From Promethearchaeota archaeon (GTDB taxonomy: Archaea > Asgardarchaeota > Lokiarchaeia > Sigyniarchaeales > SOKP01): a stretch of DNA of 64,000 nt. The translations under genes and the position numbers were made by a program. The number at the start of each line of letters is the position of its first letter. Position 1 is the first letter of the stretch. The stretch lies in NCBI GenBank assembly GCA_019057795.1, contig JAHLWS010000073.1, positions 64,001 through 128,000 on the forward strand, written 5' to 3'. Under the pieces are notes generated by a model. It was not told where the DNA came from. It did not search any database and was given only the letters and a program-made list of their open reading frames with translations. Below, in pieces: positions 9,700-19,664 of this stretch.

Positions 9700-10374
9700 A
9701 TGTTAGAAGAGATAATTCAACCTGAGAAAGGCACAAATCTTAGAAAAAATGGGCAAGAAGAACTAACAATTTTGATAGATTCAAATGCTCTAAAAAAAAT
9801 ATTTCTTATAAATGGAACCATATTTTTCACTCAAAATTTAAACACATCTAATCTAGTTGTTAAACCAAACGATTATTACATGATAATTAATAAAGGAGAT
9901 GAGGAAATTAATGTAAAATATAGTATCGATATTTCTAGTCATATGGTAATTTATGAACCTTATCTGTACGAATCGTCTAAAAAAGAAATTTTTAATCTAA
10001 TTCGGTTTAGCAAGAAATATAGCGTTCCAGATGGATACATCGACACTTTAGCTAAGTGGTACAGTATTAAATTCACATATCCTAATTATAATTTAATATT
10101 TATTAAACCGAAGATAGGAATCTCCATTCAAACTCACAAATTTAGAAGTGAAACATGGAAAGTATTGAAAGGCAAACCAATAATAATTAACGGGAATAAA
10201 GTACATTATTTTGTTGAAAATGGAACAGAGTTTTTAAACGCAAAAATGACTTACCATTCCGTTATAAATCCAAATAACAATCCTGAACAATTTGTTTTAA
10301 TAGAAGAAAAATGGAGCGGTGAATTCGACGAAGAAGATATAATAAGAGCGTTCAACCCCAATAATTATCATTAA
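9700..10374 (+). CDS. Cupin-domain protein (mannose-6-phosphate isomerase type II C-terminal-like)
   Basis: ISIQTHKFRSETWKVLKG...HSVIN...FDEEDIIR resembles the SLQxHxHRSEHW...EDDIVR cupin. Confidence 0.7.
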   Translation: MLEEIIQPEKGTNLRKNGQEELTILIDSNALKKIFLINGTIFFTQNLNTSNLVVKPNDYYMIINKGDEEINVKYSIDISSHMVIYEPYLYESSKKEIFNLIRFSKKYSVPDGYIDTLAKWYSIKFTYPNYNLIFIKPKIGISIQTHKFRSETWKVLKGKPIIINGNKVHYFVENGTEFLNAKMTYHSVINPNNNPEQFVLIEEKWSGEFDEEDIIRAFNPNNYH

Positions 10375-10607
10375 TTATTATTCCTGAAAGTAAGAATTTA
10401 CTACTCATTTTAACCGATTATATAAGAGATTTTGAGATGATATAGTTTTCCTTGGAGTTCACATTCCAACCTTTTAAATTTTGTGTTTTTAGTTCCTCTG
10501 TTTTAATAAAATTAAAATTTGATAGATAACTTCTATCATTACACGAAGTAATAAAAGTGTAAAAAAAAACATTATAAATTAAATGGAACAAGTAGATTGG
10601 TGGAAAA

Positions 10608-11141
10608 ATGGCTCCAAATGAAGAACTGAAAGATGGAGAACAGAAAGAAACGAAAACAGAAGATGCTGCAAAAGAATCTTCCAAAGAATCTGAAGAAGTA
10701 AAAGATACCGAAGAATTAGATCTTGCAAAAGAAAGAGATCGTCTTAAATTTCATTACAGAGGTCATACATTAGACGAATTAAAGAGAATGAATATGGACG
10801 CGTTTATTCAATTATTACCAGCACGAGCGCGAAGATCTCTAAAAAGAGGATTACCTCCTAGACAGAAAAAGCTCCTTGAAAGGCTAAGACGAGCATACAG
10901 AGCTAAAAAAAGAGGAAAAGATCTTCTTACGCGAACACATGTGAGAGATATGTTGATTTTTCCTGAGATGGTAGGTTTGAAAATAGGCGTCTATAACGGA
11001 AAACAATATGAAGTTGTTGATGTAAAACCTGAAATGATTGGACATTACTTAGGAGAGTTTTCACTCACTAGAAGGCGCGTTCAACATGGTTCTCCCGGAA
11101 TTGGGGCCACACGTTCAAGTAAATATGTTCCTTTAAAGTAA
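10608..11141 (+). CDS. rps19: 30S ribosomal protein uS19 with acidic N-terminal extension
   Basis: [58 protein letters not shown]. Confidence 0.97.
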   Translation: MAPNEELKDGEQKETKTEDAAKESSKESEEVKDTEELDLAKERDRLKFHYRGHTLDELKRMNMDAFIQLLPARARRSLKRGLPPRQKKLLERLRRAYRAKKRGKDLLTRTHVRDMLIFPEMVGLKIGVYNGKQYEVVDVKPEMIGHYLGEFSLTRRRVQHGSPGIGATRSSKYVPLK

Positions 11142-11183
11142 TTTATATGATAATAATATAATAACTAATTGAGATGATATAAA

Positions 11184-11663
11184 ATGCCTAACTGGGGTTA
11201 TTCCTTTAGCGAAGAAAAATACGATGTAGATAGGTTAGCAAAAGCTTCAGGGAGAGATTTACGGATAAAGCCAAAACCCTCAAGAGAAATTTGTGCCGTG
11301 ATAAATGGTATGAAATTGGACCAAGCTAAAGGGTTTCTTGAAAAAGTTATTCAGTTAAAACAATCAGTGCCTTTCAGAAGACATAAAAAAAAACAAGCTC
11401 ATAGAAAAGATTTAAAACAATTCAATTGGTATGCCGGTAGATATCCCCAAAAAGCGGCCGCAAGAATCTATGAACTTCTCACTTCCGTCGAATCCAACGC
11501 AGAATATAAAGGCTTAGACGTCGATCAATGCAGGATTATTCACGCTGCTACGCATAGGGGTCGAATCATAAAGCGCTACATTGAACGCGCTCACGGTCGA
11601 TCGACCGCAAAATTTAGGCATTTAAGTCATGTAGAAATTGTAATTTACGAATTTCCAAGTTAA
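11184..11663 (+). CDS. rpl22: 50S ribosomal protein uL22
   Basis: AKASGRDLRI, VPFRRH, AGRYPQKAA, NAEYKGLD, RAHGRS; operon order. Confidence 0.97.
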   Translation: MPNWGYSFSEEKYDVDRLAKASGRDLRIKPKPSREICAVINGMKLDQAKGFLEKVIQLKQSVPFRRHKKKQAHRKDLKQFNWYAGRYPQKAAARIYELLTSVESNAEYKGLDVDQCRIIHAATHRGRIIKRYIERAHGRSTAKFRHLSHVEIVIYEFPS

Positions 11664-11703
11664 TAAAAATAAATTAATAAAAAAAAGTTAAATATTAAAG
11701 ATA

Positions 11704-12516
11704 ATGACTCCTTTGGCAAAACATTTCATTGAACAGGGCATCAAGTTGATGCAAATTAACGAATTCTTGCGCTCAGAGTTTGTTAGAGCTGGATTTGCAG
11801 GTATTGACATGCAACAGACACCACTCGGCGTTAGAATCACTCTAAAGACCTCCCGTCCAGGCCTCGTCATTGGAAAGGGCGGCAAACGTATTCAAGAGAT
11901 TACGGATATCTTACAAGAAAAATTTGACCTGGAATTACCCCAGATAGAGGTAGAAGAGGTTTCTAACCCCGATTTAAACGCCCAAATTATGGCTGAGAGG
12001 CTAGCGTATAGTCTCGATAGAGGAAGGCATTATAGAAGGGCAGGTTATTACATATTACGTAAAATTATGGATTCTGGCGCAAGGGGTACAGAGATTATAG
12101 TTTCGGGTAAGGTCACTTCACAACGCGCCAGGACAACTGTGTTTAGAGCGGGTACAATGAAAAAATCGGGCCAACCTGCTCAAGTAGGTGTGGACAAAGG
12201 AGTAGCTCAATGCGTTCAGAAGAGTGGAACTCTTGGGATCATAGTAAAAATTATGCAAGCGGACATAAGAATGGGAGACACAGTTAAAATTAATAATGAA
12301 GCACTAGCAACAGTGCAAGCAAAAAAGGCAGCAGAATTAGCCAAAACGAGAGCAGAGAAAGATTACGAAATTAGCGTAGAAGAAGGAGAACTCACCGAAG
12401 TAGAAAAAGAATTATTCGAAGAAGTAGAAGAAGAAGAAATTTCTGAAATTTCGCTGAAGCCAGAAAAAGAAGACGAAGAAAAAGATAATGAAAAGGAAAC
12501 AAAAGGAAAAAAGTAA
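11704..12516 (+). CDS. rps3: 30S ribosomal protein uS3 with acidic C-terminal tail
   Basis: KH domain RPGLVIGKGGKRI, NPDLNAQIMA, GARGTEIIVSGK. Confidence 0.97.
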   Translation: MTPLAKHFIEQGIKLMQINEFLRSEFVRAGFAGIDMQQTPLGVRITLKTSRPGLVIGKGGKRIQEITDILQEKFDLELPQIEVEEVSNPDLNAQIMAERLAYSLDRGRHYRRAGYYILRKIMDSGARGTEIIVSGKVTSQRARTTVFRAGTMKKSGQPAQVGVDKGVAQCVQKSGTLGIIVKIMQADIRMGDTVKINNEALATVQAKKAAELAKTRAEKDYEISVEEGELTEVEKELFEEVEEEEISEISLKPEKEDEEKDNEKETKGKK

Positions 12517-12531
12517 AAAAGAGTGTAAAAG

Positions 12532-12741
12532 ATGGATATTATTACCGCGGCAAAAGTCCGAGAAATGGACGAACGAGAAAGGGAGCGAACCCTATTAACG
12601 TTAAGAGAAGAATTAATGATGTTATACAGCCAACAAACGGGTGGTGGTATTGCTGATAATCCCGCAAAGGCAAAACTTTTAAGGAAACAAATTGCAAGAG
12701 TTCTTACAGTAAAAAATGAAATGAAAACGTTGAATGTATAA
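12532..12741 (+). CDS. rpl29: 50S ribosomal protein uL29
   Basis: LREELM...NPAKAKLLRKQIARVLTVKNE. Confidence 0.95.
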   Translation: MDIITAAKVREMDERERERTLLTLREELMMLYSQQTGGGIADNPAKAKLLRKQIARVLTVKNEMKTLNV

Positions 12742-13034
12742 TGATAAGTCCAAAATATTTGATTTACCACGATTTAATTGGCTTTAAGGCGTACGCTAAA
12801 CTTAAATCAAAATCAAATAGTACCACATTTTCGGATATTGGTATGATAATTGACGATACACGAAATATGTTAATATCTGAAAAAAATAATACAATAAAAA
12901 AGTATATCAAAAAAGATTATATTTTTAGATTCAAACTTGAAGAAGGAACGTTAGAATTAAATGGATCTAAAATTGTTGGCGTTCCTGAAAACAGATTAAG
13001 AAGTTTAAAAAAAAAGAAGTGGTTGAGAAAATAA
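12741..13034 (+). CDS. rnp1: RNase P protein component 1 (Rpp29/Pop4)
   Basis: HDLIG, GMIIDDTRNML, IFRF, G..IVG.PENRL; canonical position between L29 and S17. Confidence 0.9.
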   Translation: MISPKYLIYHDLIGFKAYAKLKSKSNSTTFSDIGMIIDDTRNMLISEKNNTIKKYIKKDYIFRFKLEEGTLELNGSKIVGVPENRLRSLKKKKWLRK

Positions 13035-13035
13035 A

Positions 13036-13386
13036 ATGAGCGTTCGAAATATCGGTATTCCCGGAGTAAATCCTCCAAAAGCGCGTGAATGTAGCGATAA
13101 GGATTGTCCTTTTCACGGAAATACACGAATAAGAGGTAAGATTACTCAAGGAGTAGTAGTTAATAAAAAATCAAAAAACACTGTAATTGTTAGACAAGAT
13201 TATGTTCAATTTGTTAAGAAGTATCAACGATATGAAAGGCGTAATTCGCGTCTTGCATGTCATTTACCCGAATGTTTGACTCCCGAAATTCAAGTAGGAG
13301 ATTTAGTGCGTGTAGGAGAAAGCAGAAAACTCTCAAAGACGAAAGCATTCATAGTATTAGATAAAATAAAGAGTGGGGCGATGTAG
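13036..13386 (+). CDS. rps17: 30S ribosomal protein uS17
   Basis: CSDKDCPFHG, RIRGK, KKYQRYERR, GESRKLSKTK. Confidence 0.97.
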   Translation: MSVRNIGIPGVNPPKARECSDKDCPFHGNTRIRGKITQGVVVNKKSKNTVIVRQDYVQFVKKYQRYERRNSRLACHLPECLTPEIQVGDLVRVGESRKLSKTKAFIVLDKIKSGAM

Positions 13387-13812
13387 ATGGGAACTAGAAG
13401 AAAAATGGGAAGAAAAACGCAGATGAAAGCAAGAACTAGTTACGGTGTACAAAATGGTACAAAAATTTTTATTACTGATAATTCTGGTGCAAAGATTGCA
13501 CAAATAATTAACGTCGACCATGCAAAAACCCGTTTAAGAAGGTTGCCAAAAGCTTCTGTAGGGTCAGTTTGCACAGTAACCGTTAAAAAAGGTCGCCCTG
13601 ACTTACGCGGAACTATATTGAAAGCTGTAATCGTTAGACAAAAGATGATATATAGGCGAGTAGACGGCACAAGATTATCTTTTGAAGATAATGCAGGCGT
13701 TTTAATAACCAAGGAAGGCGATCCTAAAGGTACAGAAATTCGAGGTCCAATTGCGAGGGAAGCTGCTGAATTATTTCCACGTTTAGCATCCATTTCTTCA
13801 TTAATTATTTAA
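13387..13812 (+). CDS. rpl14: 50S ribosomal protein uL14
   Basis: DNSGAK, VKKGRPDLR, AVIVRQ, FEDNAGV, GPIAREAA. Confidence 0.97.
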   Translation: MGTRRKMGRKTQMKARTSYGVQNGTKIFITDNSGAKIAQIINVDHAKTRLRRLPKASVGSVCTVTVKKGRPDLRGTILKAVIVRQKMIYRRVDGTRLSFEDNAGVLITKEGDPKGTEIRGPIAREAAELFPRLASISSLII

Positions 13813-13837
13813 TTAAGATCATAAGGTTAAAAAAAGT

Positions 13838-14269
13838 ATGAAAGCAAAATCAAAACAGCCTAAAAAGCAGCGGAAAGCATTATTTAATTATAAGAATCAT
13901 CAAAGGTCAAAACTATTATCAACAAGAATTGCTGATTTTTTAAGAGAGGAGTATGGGATTAGAACACTTCCCCTTAGAGTTGGTGATGGGGTTAAAATTG
14001 TGAAGGGTGAATTCAAAAATTTTGAGGGAGAAGTTATGGAGATCACGAAAAACCAGAGAACAAAAATTAAGGAAGCAACTTTTGATAAAGCAGATGGAAC
14101 GCAGTTTCATCCAGCTATTCACATATCGAATTTGGTAATAACAAAATTCGCTAAAGAAAAAAAAATGGACCCCTGGCGGGCAAGTATGATTGACAGGAAA
14201 TACATTTTTGGGATAAGGGAAGAAGAGCTAAGAGCTCCAAAAAAACAAAAAGAGGAGGGGGCGAAATAG
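13838..14269 (+). CDS. rpl24: 50S ribosomal protein uL24
   Basis: SKQPKKQRK, LREEYGIRTLPLRVGDGVKIVKG (KOW), IHISNLVIT. Confidence 0.96.
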   Translation: MKAKSKQPKKQRKALFNYKNHQRSKLLSTRIADFLREEYGIRTLPLRVGDGVKIVKGEFKNFEGEVMEITKNQRTKIKEATFDKADGTQFHPAIHISNLVITKFAKEKKMDPWRASMIDRKYIFGIREEELRAPKKQKEEGAK

Positions 14270-15022
14270 ATGACTAGACATGGTGGTTCAAGAGCGTTAA
14301 AAAGACTCAACACGCCTAAATTTCTACAAATAAAAAGAAAGCACGGCAAGTTCTTTATGAAGCCATCACCTGGTCCTCATCCAAGGAGATTCTGCTTGCC
14401 TTTACTCCATATTGTCAGGGATCTTCTGAAGATAGTCGATAACCATAGAGAAGCGAAAAAATTAATAGGACTCGGTAATTTTAAAGTAGATGGAAGGGTA
14501 GTAAAAGATACAACATATCCAGTAGGTTTAATGGATGTGCTAAGTATAGAAAAAATGAACAAAAATTATCGAATTCTGCCAGATTCTCACTATGGATTAA
14601 TACTGCATGAAATAACTGAAGCAGAAAGTACTTTTAAATTATGTCGAATAACCCAAAAAACCACGATAAAGGGAGGACATATTCAATTAAATTTGCACGA
14701 TGGAAAGAACATTCTAATACTAGTTAAAGACCCAAGTAACACTAAAGAGGATATTTACAAAAGAATGGATGTTTTAAAAATTTCCGTTCCTGAGCAAGAA
14801 ATTCTTAAAGTGTTAAAGTTCAAGGAAGGAAATTTAGCAGTAATCATGTCCGGGAAAAATATTGGACAGTTAGGGAAAATTAAAAATATATTAAAGCGTT
14901 TTGGTCCAAAAGCAAGTACGGTTTCCATTCAGCATAACTCAGAGCATACTGAAACCCTTTTAGACTATACATTTATTATAGGAGAGGATCAATCCGAAAT
15001 TAGTTTACCAAAAATAGAATAA
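14270..15022 (+). CDS. rps4e: 30S ribosomal protein eS4
   Basis: PSPGPH, VDGRVVKD, PVGLMDV, QLNLHDGKN, GKNIG. Confidence 0.97.
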   Translation: MTRHGGSRALKRLNTPKFLQIKRKHGKFFMKPSPGPHPRRFCLPLLHIVRDLLKIVDNHREAKKLIGLGNFKVDGRVVKDTTYPVGLMDVLSIEKMNKNYRILPDSHYGLILHEITEAESTFKLCRITQKTTIKGGHIQLNLHDGKNILILVKDPSNTKEDIYKRMDVLKISVPEQEILKVLKFKEGNLAVIMSGKNIGQLGKIKNILKRFGPKASTVSIQHNSEHTETLLDYTFIIGEDQSEISLPKIE

Positions 15023-15043
15023 AATAAAGAAGTGAATTCAATT

Positions 15044-15649
15044 ATGTCAGTTATAGCAGCAAAAAAAACTCAGAAAAAATCACGAAAAGAACTAGAAAAA
15101 ATATTTGAAGTGATGTGGACTCATCCAATGAAGAAACCTTACTTAGAAAAAGTGGTTCTAAATATTGGAGTAGGTGTTGGGGGTGAAGAATTAGAAAGAG
15201 CCTTTACGGTATTACAAACGATCTCTGGTAAAACTCCTGTAAAAACTCTTTCTAAGAAAAACGTAAAAGAATTCAACTTGCGGATAGGACGTCCAATTGG
15301 AACGATGGTAACTATACGGAGAAAAGAAGCTGAAAAATTGCTTAAAAGACTATTTGTTGTAAATAACGATAAAATGTTAAGAAAAAGTTTCGATAATTAT
15401 GGTAATTTTGGTTTTGGTATTACTGAACATATCACCATTCCAGGAATCGAATATGATAACCTGATTGGCATCTGGGGTCTTGATGTTGTTGCTCGAATAG
15501 TTAGACCTGGTATGAGAGTTAAGTACAGAAGAAAAGGTCGAGCTAAAGTTCCTAAACACCATTATGTTTCTCGAGCGGAAGCTCAATATTTTTTAGAAAA
15601 AAATTTTGGAATCGAAATAGTAGATAAATTAGAATTAGAATATATGTAA
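15044..15649 (+). CDS. rpl5: 50S ribosomal protein uL5
   Basis: HPMKKPYLEKVVLNIGVG, FDNYGNFGFGITEHI, GIWGLDV; ATG at 15044 preferred over GTG at 15032. Confidence 0.96.
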   Translation: MSVIAAKKTQKKSRKELEKIFEVMWTHPMKKPYLEKVVLNIGVGVGGEELERAFTVLQTISGKTPVKTLSKKNVKEFNLRIGRPIGTMVTIRRKEAEKLLKRLFVVNNDKMLRKSFDNYGNFGFGITEHITIPGIEYDNLIGIWGLDVVARIVRPGMRVKYRRKGRAKVPKHHYVSRAEAQYFLEKNFGIEIVDKLELEYM

Positions 15650-15672
15650 AGAAAAAAAAAGTTTTGATAATT

Positions 15673-15819
15673 ATGCCGCAAGGTAAGATAGGTAAGGGTC
15701 AAAGAGAATGTAGACGCTGCCATACACATAGAGGCGTTATAAGAAGGTATGGTTTATATATATGCCGTCGTTGTTTTTATGAAATTGGAAAAGAAATTGG
15801 ATTTTATAGGTACGATTAA
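15673..15819 (+). CDS. rps14: 30S ribosomal protein uS14 (zinc-binding)
   Basis: Below ORF-track cutoff. MPQGKIGKGQRECRRCHTHRGVIRRYGLYICRRCFYEIGKEIGFYRYD, located between L5 and S8. Confidence 0.96.
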   Translation: MPQGKIGKGQRECRRCHTHRGVIRRYGLYICRRCFYEIGKEIGFYRYD

Positions 15820-15827
15820 AATTAGGA

Positions 15828-16226
15828 ATGAGGTGTAAAAAAATAGCAAACACACTTGCCGATATGTGCAACAATCTCAAGAACGCAGAAAGAGCAAGAA
15901 AAAAAGAAGTAATAATTAACCCTGCTTCGAAATTAACACAAAAAGTTCTTCGCATCTTCCAGCAGCACGCATATATCGGAGAATTTGAGAGATATGACGA
16001 TGGAAGGCAAGGCAAGTTTAAAATTGCCCTATTAGGTAAAATAAACCACTGTGCTGGTTTATTGAGGCTTAACTATAAAACTAATCAATACGAATCACTC
16101 GAAAGAAGGTTGCTTCCAGCGCCAGGGTTAGGAATAATTGTATTAACCACTAACCAAGGTATCATGACCATGAAAGAAGCAGAAGAAAAACATATTGGTG
16201 GCATGGCCTTATGTTATATTTATTAA
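15828..16226 (+). CDS. rps8: 30S ribosomal protein uS8 (true start possibly ATA at 15843)
   Basis: NLKNAE, PASKL, YIGEFE, DDGRQGK, LLPA, LTTNQGIM, HIGG. Confidence 0.96.
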   Translation: MRCKKIANTLADMCNNLKNAERARKKEVIINPASKLTQKVLRIFQQHAYIGEFERYDDGRQGKFKIALLGKINHCAGLLRLNYKTNQYESLERRLLPAPGLGIIVLTTNQGIMTMKEAEEKHIGGMALCYIY

Positions 16227-16248
16227 TATTGAAAGAAGGTAATAGTAA

Positions 16249-16827
16249 ATGGTAAAAATAGCATTTTATAAGGAAGAAATGGAAATTCCGGAAGGAGTGA
16301 AAGTTACCCTTGATGGAAATCATCATATTACTGTTAAAGGTCCAAACGGAAAAATAACAAAAGATTTCTCTCATGTGAGAGGTATAAAGGTCTCAATTGA
16401 AGGGAAAAAAATTATTTTTTCTACAAACTTCCCAAAAAGCGGAACTCTCGCCTTGACTAAGACTATTATCAATTTAATTAAAAATTTAATAATCGGGGTT
16501 CAGACAAATTATAAATATATTTGTAAAGTGTGCTATAGTCATTTTCCATGCACTGTGGAAGTGAAGCCTGAAAAAAAAGAAATTCATGTAGTAAATTTTC
16601 TTGGAGAAAGAGCTCCAAGAGTTACACATTATTTAGATAATGTAGAAGTAAAGGTTGAAGGCGAAGATGTTATTTTGATTGGACCCGATAAAGAAACATT
16701 GGGACAAACAGCAGCAAATATACAAAAATGCTGTAGAATTAGGAAAAAAGATCCAAGAGTTTTTCAAGATGGAGTATACCTCTACAAAAGACAGATTGGA
16801 GAAATAGTTACTTGGGAAATAAAATAA
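16249..16827 (+). CDS. rpl6: 50S ribosomal protein uL6
   Basis: IPEGV, VKGPNG, YSHFP, NFLGERAPR, GQTAANI, KDPRVFQDGVY. Confidence 0.97.
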   Translation: MVKIAFYKEEMEIPEGVKVTLDGNHHITVKGPNGKITKDFSHVRGIKVSIEGKKIIFSTNFPKSGTLALTKTIINLIKNLIIGVQTNYKYICKVCYSHFPCTVEVKPEKKEIHVVNFLGERAPRVTHYLDNVEVKVEGEDVILIGPDKETLGQTAANIQKCCRIRKKDPRVFQDGVYLYKRQIGEIVTWEIK

Positions 16828-16842
16828 ATTGAGGTAAAAGCG

Positions 16843-17331
16843 ATGGAACAAAAACAAAAAAGATTAATAGAACTCAGGAAAAAAATCAATAAAAAACGAC
16901 CATCCTTTAGACGTGTAGAATCGTGGAGATATGTGAGAGTAAAAGATCCGTGGAGAAAGGCTAGAGGGATCGATTCACGAACTCGAATAAAATCTAAATC
17001 TGGTGTTAAATCTCCATCGATGGGGTATAGAGGGCCCAAAAAAGTTAGAGGACTTCATCCATCTGGGTATGAAGAAGTAAGAGTTGTCACTATTAACGAT
17101 ATAAAAGATTTAAATAACAAAAAACACGCACTTAAAGTTTCAAGTAAATTAGGTGTTAAAAAAAGAATAGCTTTAATTGATTACGCTCAAAGTAGAGGAT
17201 TTAAAATTCTTAATTTAGGAATCTCTCAAAAAGAATTAGAGGAATTAGAGGCAATGTTAGAGTCTTCTATTGAAGATTTGGACGACGAGGATTTGCTTGA
17301 CGATGAGGATTTGCTTGACGATGAGGATTAG
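16843..17331 (+). CDS. rpl32e: 50S ribosomal protein eL32 with acidic repeat tail
   Basis: PSFRRVESWRY, WRKARGIDS, GYRGPKKVRGLHPSG. Confidence 0.97.
   Translation: MEQKQKRLIELRKKINKKRPSFRRVESWRYVRVKDPWRKARGIDSRTRIKSKSGVKSPSMGYRGPKKVRGLHPSGYEEVRVVTINDIKDLNNKKHALKVSSKLGVKKRIALIDYAQSRGFKILNLGISQKELEELEAMLESSIEDLDDEDLLDDEDLLDDED
17281..17328 (+). repeat. About 2.7 copies of an 18-nt coding tandem repeat (DDEDLL)
   Basis: gacgacgaggatttgctt gacgatgaggatttgctt gacgatgaggat at the eL32 3' end. Confidence 0.85.
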
Positions 17332-17372
17332 AAAGAATACCTATAATTAATAATAGATTTGTGTGATAAAAA

Positions 17373-17831
17373 ATGAGTTTAAAAGCCCAAAAAAGAATGG
17401 CTGCAGAAATTTTAAAATGTGGGGAAAATCGAGTTTATTGCGATCCCTATTTAATCGATGAAATTAAAATGGCAATTACTCGACAGGATATCCGAAATTT
17501 AATTAAAGAAGGAATAATTCAGAAAAAATATAAAAAAGGAAACTCAAAATATAGGAAAAATGTCCGCCACGAAAGAAAGAAAAAAGGTAGGGCTAGAGGA
17601 TTAGGCAAAAGAAAGGGAACTAAAGGCGCACGAACTCCCAAGAAAAAAGCTTGGATGAAACGCATTCGTCCTCAGAGACGAGAATTGAAGAAGTTGAGGG
17701 ATCGAAAACTAATTACTACAGCAACATATAGAAAGCTATACAAAAACGCTAAAGGTGGAATGTTTACTAGCGTTGCTCAAATGAACCGTCATATTAAAGA
17801 AAAAGATTTAATCAAGAGAGGTAGATCGTAA
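17373..17831 (+). CDS. rpl19e: 50S ribosomal protein eL19
   Basis: LKAQKRMAAEILKCGENRV, AITRQDIRNLI, RKGTKGAR, YRKLY..AKGG. Confidence 0.97.
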   Translation: MSLKAQKRMAAEILKCGENRVYCDPYLIDEIKMAITRQDIRNLIKEGIIQKKYKKGNSKYRKNVRHERKKKGRARGLGKRKGTKGARTPKKKAWMKRIRPQRRELKKLRDRKLITTATYRKLYKNAKGGMFTSVAQMNRHIKEKDLIKRGRS

Positions 17832-18425
17832 ATGGCAAAAGGACCGAGATATCGTCGTTCTAATCGAAGGAGAGAAGAAGGTAAAACAAATTACCATAGG
17901 AGATTAAGGTTATTAAAATCAAAGAAGTTAAGAGTTGTAATTAGGGCTTCGAACAATCATATTATTGTCCAAATTATTCAATCTAAATTCGGGGGCGATA
18001 AGGTTTTAGTCTCTGCCCATTCTATGGAATTAACATCAAAATTTGGATGGAAAGCAAATACAGGAAATGTTCCAGCAGCATATTTAACTGGTTTTTTAGC
18101 AGGTCTAAGGGCTAAAAAACAAAATATTCATGAAGCTATTCTCGATTTAGGTGTCTTTTATCATAGAATTCGAGTACTTGCGGCTTTTAAAGGTATTTTA
18201 AAATCAGAATTAGAGGTACCCTATAAGGAAAGCTTCTTTCCAGACGATTTGGAGGAACGAATCACTGGGGTCCAAATAGAAAAATATGCTATTCTTCTAA
18301 AAAGTGAGAATCCAGAAAAATACGATCAAACTTTCTCAGGTTATCTAAAGAAAAATAAAATAAATCCATTAAAAATTAGTCAAATTGTTTCGAATACATT
18401 CAAAACAATTGAAAATAATGCTTAA
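17832..18425 (+). CDS. rpl18: 50S ribosomal protein uL18
   Basis: MAKGPRY, RRREEGKTNY, GDKVLVSAHS, NVPAAYLTG, AILDLG. Confidence 0.97.
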   Translation: MAKGPRYRRSNRRREEGKTNYHRRLRLLKSKKLRVVIRASNNHIIVQIIQSKFGGDKVLVSAHSMELTSKFGWKANTGNVPAAYLTGFLAGLRAKKQNIHEAILDLGVFYHRIRVLAAFKGILKSELEVPYKESFFPDDLEERITGVQIEKYAILLKSENPEKYDQTFSGYLKKNKINPLKISQIVSNTFKTIENNA

Positions 18426-18439
18426 AAAAGTGAGTTAAA

Positions 18440-19090
18440 ATGAGTCAACAAAGAAATCAAAGACAAAATCAAAGACAAAGAAAACCAAGAAACCCTACCG
18501 AAGGATGGGTTCCAAAAACGCGCTTGGGCGAATTGGTCAAAGAAGGGCTAATTACTTTAGAAAAAATATTTGCTAATAATCTCATTGTCAAGGAGAAACA
18601 AATTATTGACATTCTCCTCCCACAATTAAATGAGAGTGTGGTTTCTATCTCCATGGTACAACAAATGACTGCTAGCGGTCAACGATCTAGATTCAAAGCA
18701 GTTGTACTTGTCGGAACGGATGGCTTTATTGGCGTAGGCTCAGCAAAGTCAAGAGAGGTAGGACCGGCAATAAGAAAGGCAATTGATAGAGCAAAGCTTT
18801 CTGTTATACCCATTCTTAGAGGTTGTGGTAGTAAAGAATGTGGTTGTGGTCATACTCACAGCGTACCATTTAAGGTAGATGGAAAATGTGGTTCTGTGAA
18901 AATACGATTGATCCCGGCACCACAAGGAGTGGGGTTAGCTTGTGCAGATAAAGTTAAACAAGTATTAAAATTAGCCGGTATCGAAGATATCTGGAGTAAA
19001 ACTTTTGGCGATACTAGAACAAGCGAAAATCTTGTAAAAGCTACTGTTACCGCGCTTAAAAATGCTCACAAATTTAATTTCAATTTATAG
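18440..19090 (+). CDS. rps5: 30S ribosomal protein uS5
   Basis: WVPKTRLGELVKEG, RGCGS.ECGCG..HSVPFKV.GKCGSV, PAPQGVGL. Confidence 0.97.
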   Translation: MSQQRNQRQNQRQRKPRNPTEGWVPKTRLGELVKEGLITLEKIFANNLIVKEKQIIDILLPQLNESVVSISMVQQMTASGQRSRFKAVVLVGTDGFIGVGSAKSREVGPAIRKAIDRAKLSVIPILRGCGSKECGCGHTHSVPFKVDGKCGSVKIRLIPAPQGVGLACADKVKQVLKLAGIEDIWSKTFGDTRTSENLVKATVTALKNAHKFNFNL

Positions 19091-19106
19091 ATGATGAGTG
19101 GTGTAT

Positions 19107-19643
19107 ATGATGGCTGAAAATAAAGTTATAGTTAGAAAAAAATCTAAAATAAAAAAACCGAAACCTCCTGTCCTGTACTTCGCAGTTCGTATAAGAGGTG
19201 CACCAGGAATGAAACGCGTAATTTTAAACACATTGAAAATGTTGAGAATGCACAAGGTTAACCATGGAGTTCTTATTTGGGGTGAAGTAAGCTATGTTGG
19301 TATGCTTAAAAAATGTAAAGATTATATAGCTTATGGTGAAATAGACGAAAAAACACTGTTGAGATTATTGAGGGCAAGAGGGAAAGTAGAAGGAAATAAA
19401 CCACTCACCGACGAACATATTAAAAATCTAACTAAATATAAGGATTTTAAAGAACTTACTAAAGCTTTAATATCTGGAGAAATTCAATACAAAACGAAAG
19501 ATATATATAAAATTAAACCTGTTTTTCGATTGCACCCCCCAAGAAAAGGGCACCGCGGTACGATTAAAAAACATTATCGTGAAGGTGGCACCTTGGGATA
19601 TGTAGAGCAATATATTAATGAGATAATTCATAAAATGATTTAA
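19107..19643 (+). CDS. rpl30: 50S ribosomal protein uL30 (archaeal long form)
   Basis: AVRIRG, TLKMLRMHKVNH, DYIAYGEID, FRLHPPRKG, GGTLGY. Confidence 0.96.
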   Translation: MMAENKVIVRKKSKIKKPKPPVLYFAVRIRGAPGMKRVILNTLKMLRMHKVNHGVLIWGEVSYVGMLKKCKDYIAYGEIDEKTLLRLLRARGKVEGNKPLTDEHIKNLTKYKDFKELTKALISGEIQYKTKDIYKIKPVFRLHPPRKGHRGTIKKHYREGGTLGYVEQYINEIIHKMI

Positions 19644-19664
19644 TTAGAAAGGTGAAATAAAACT

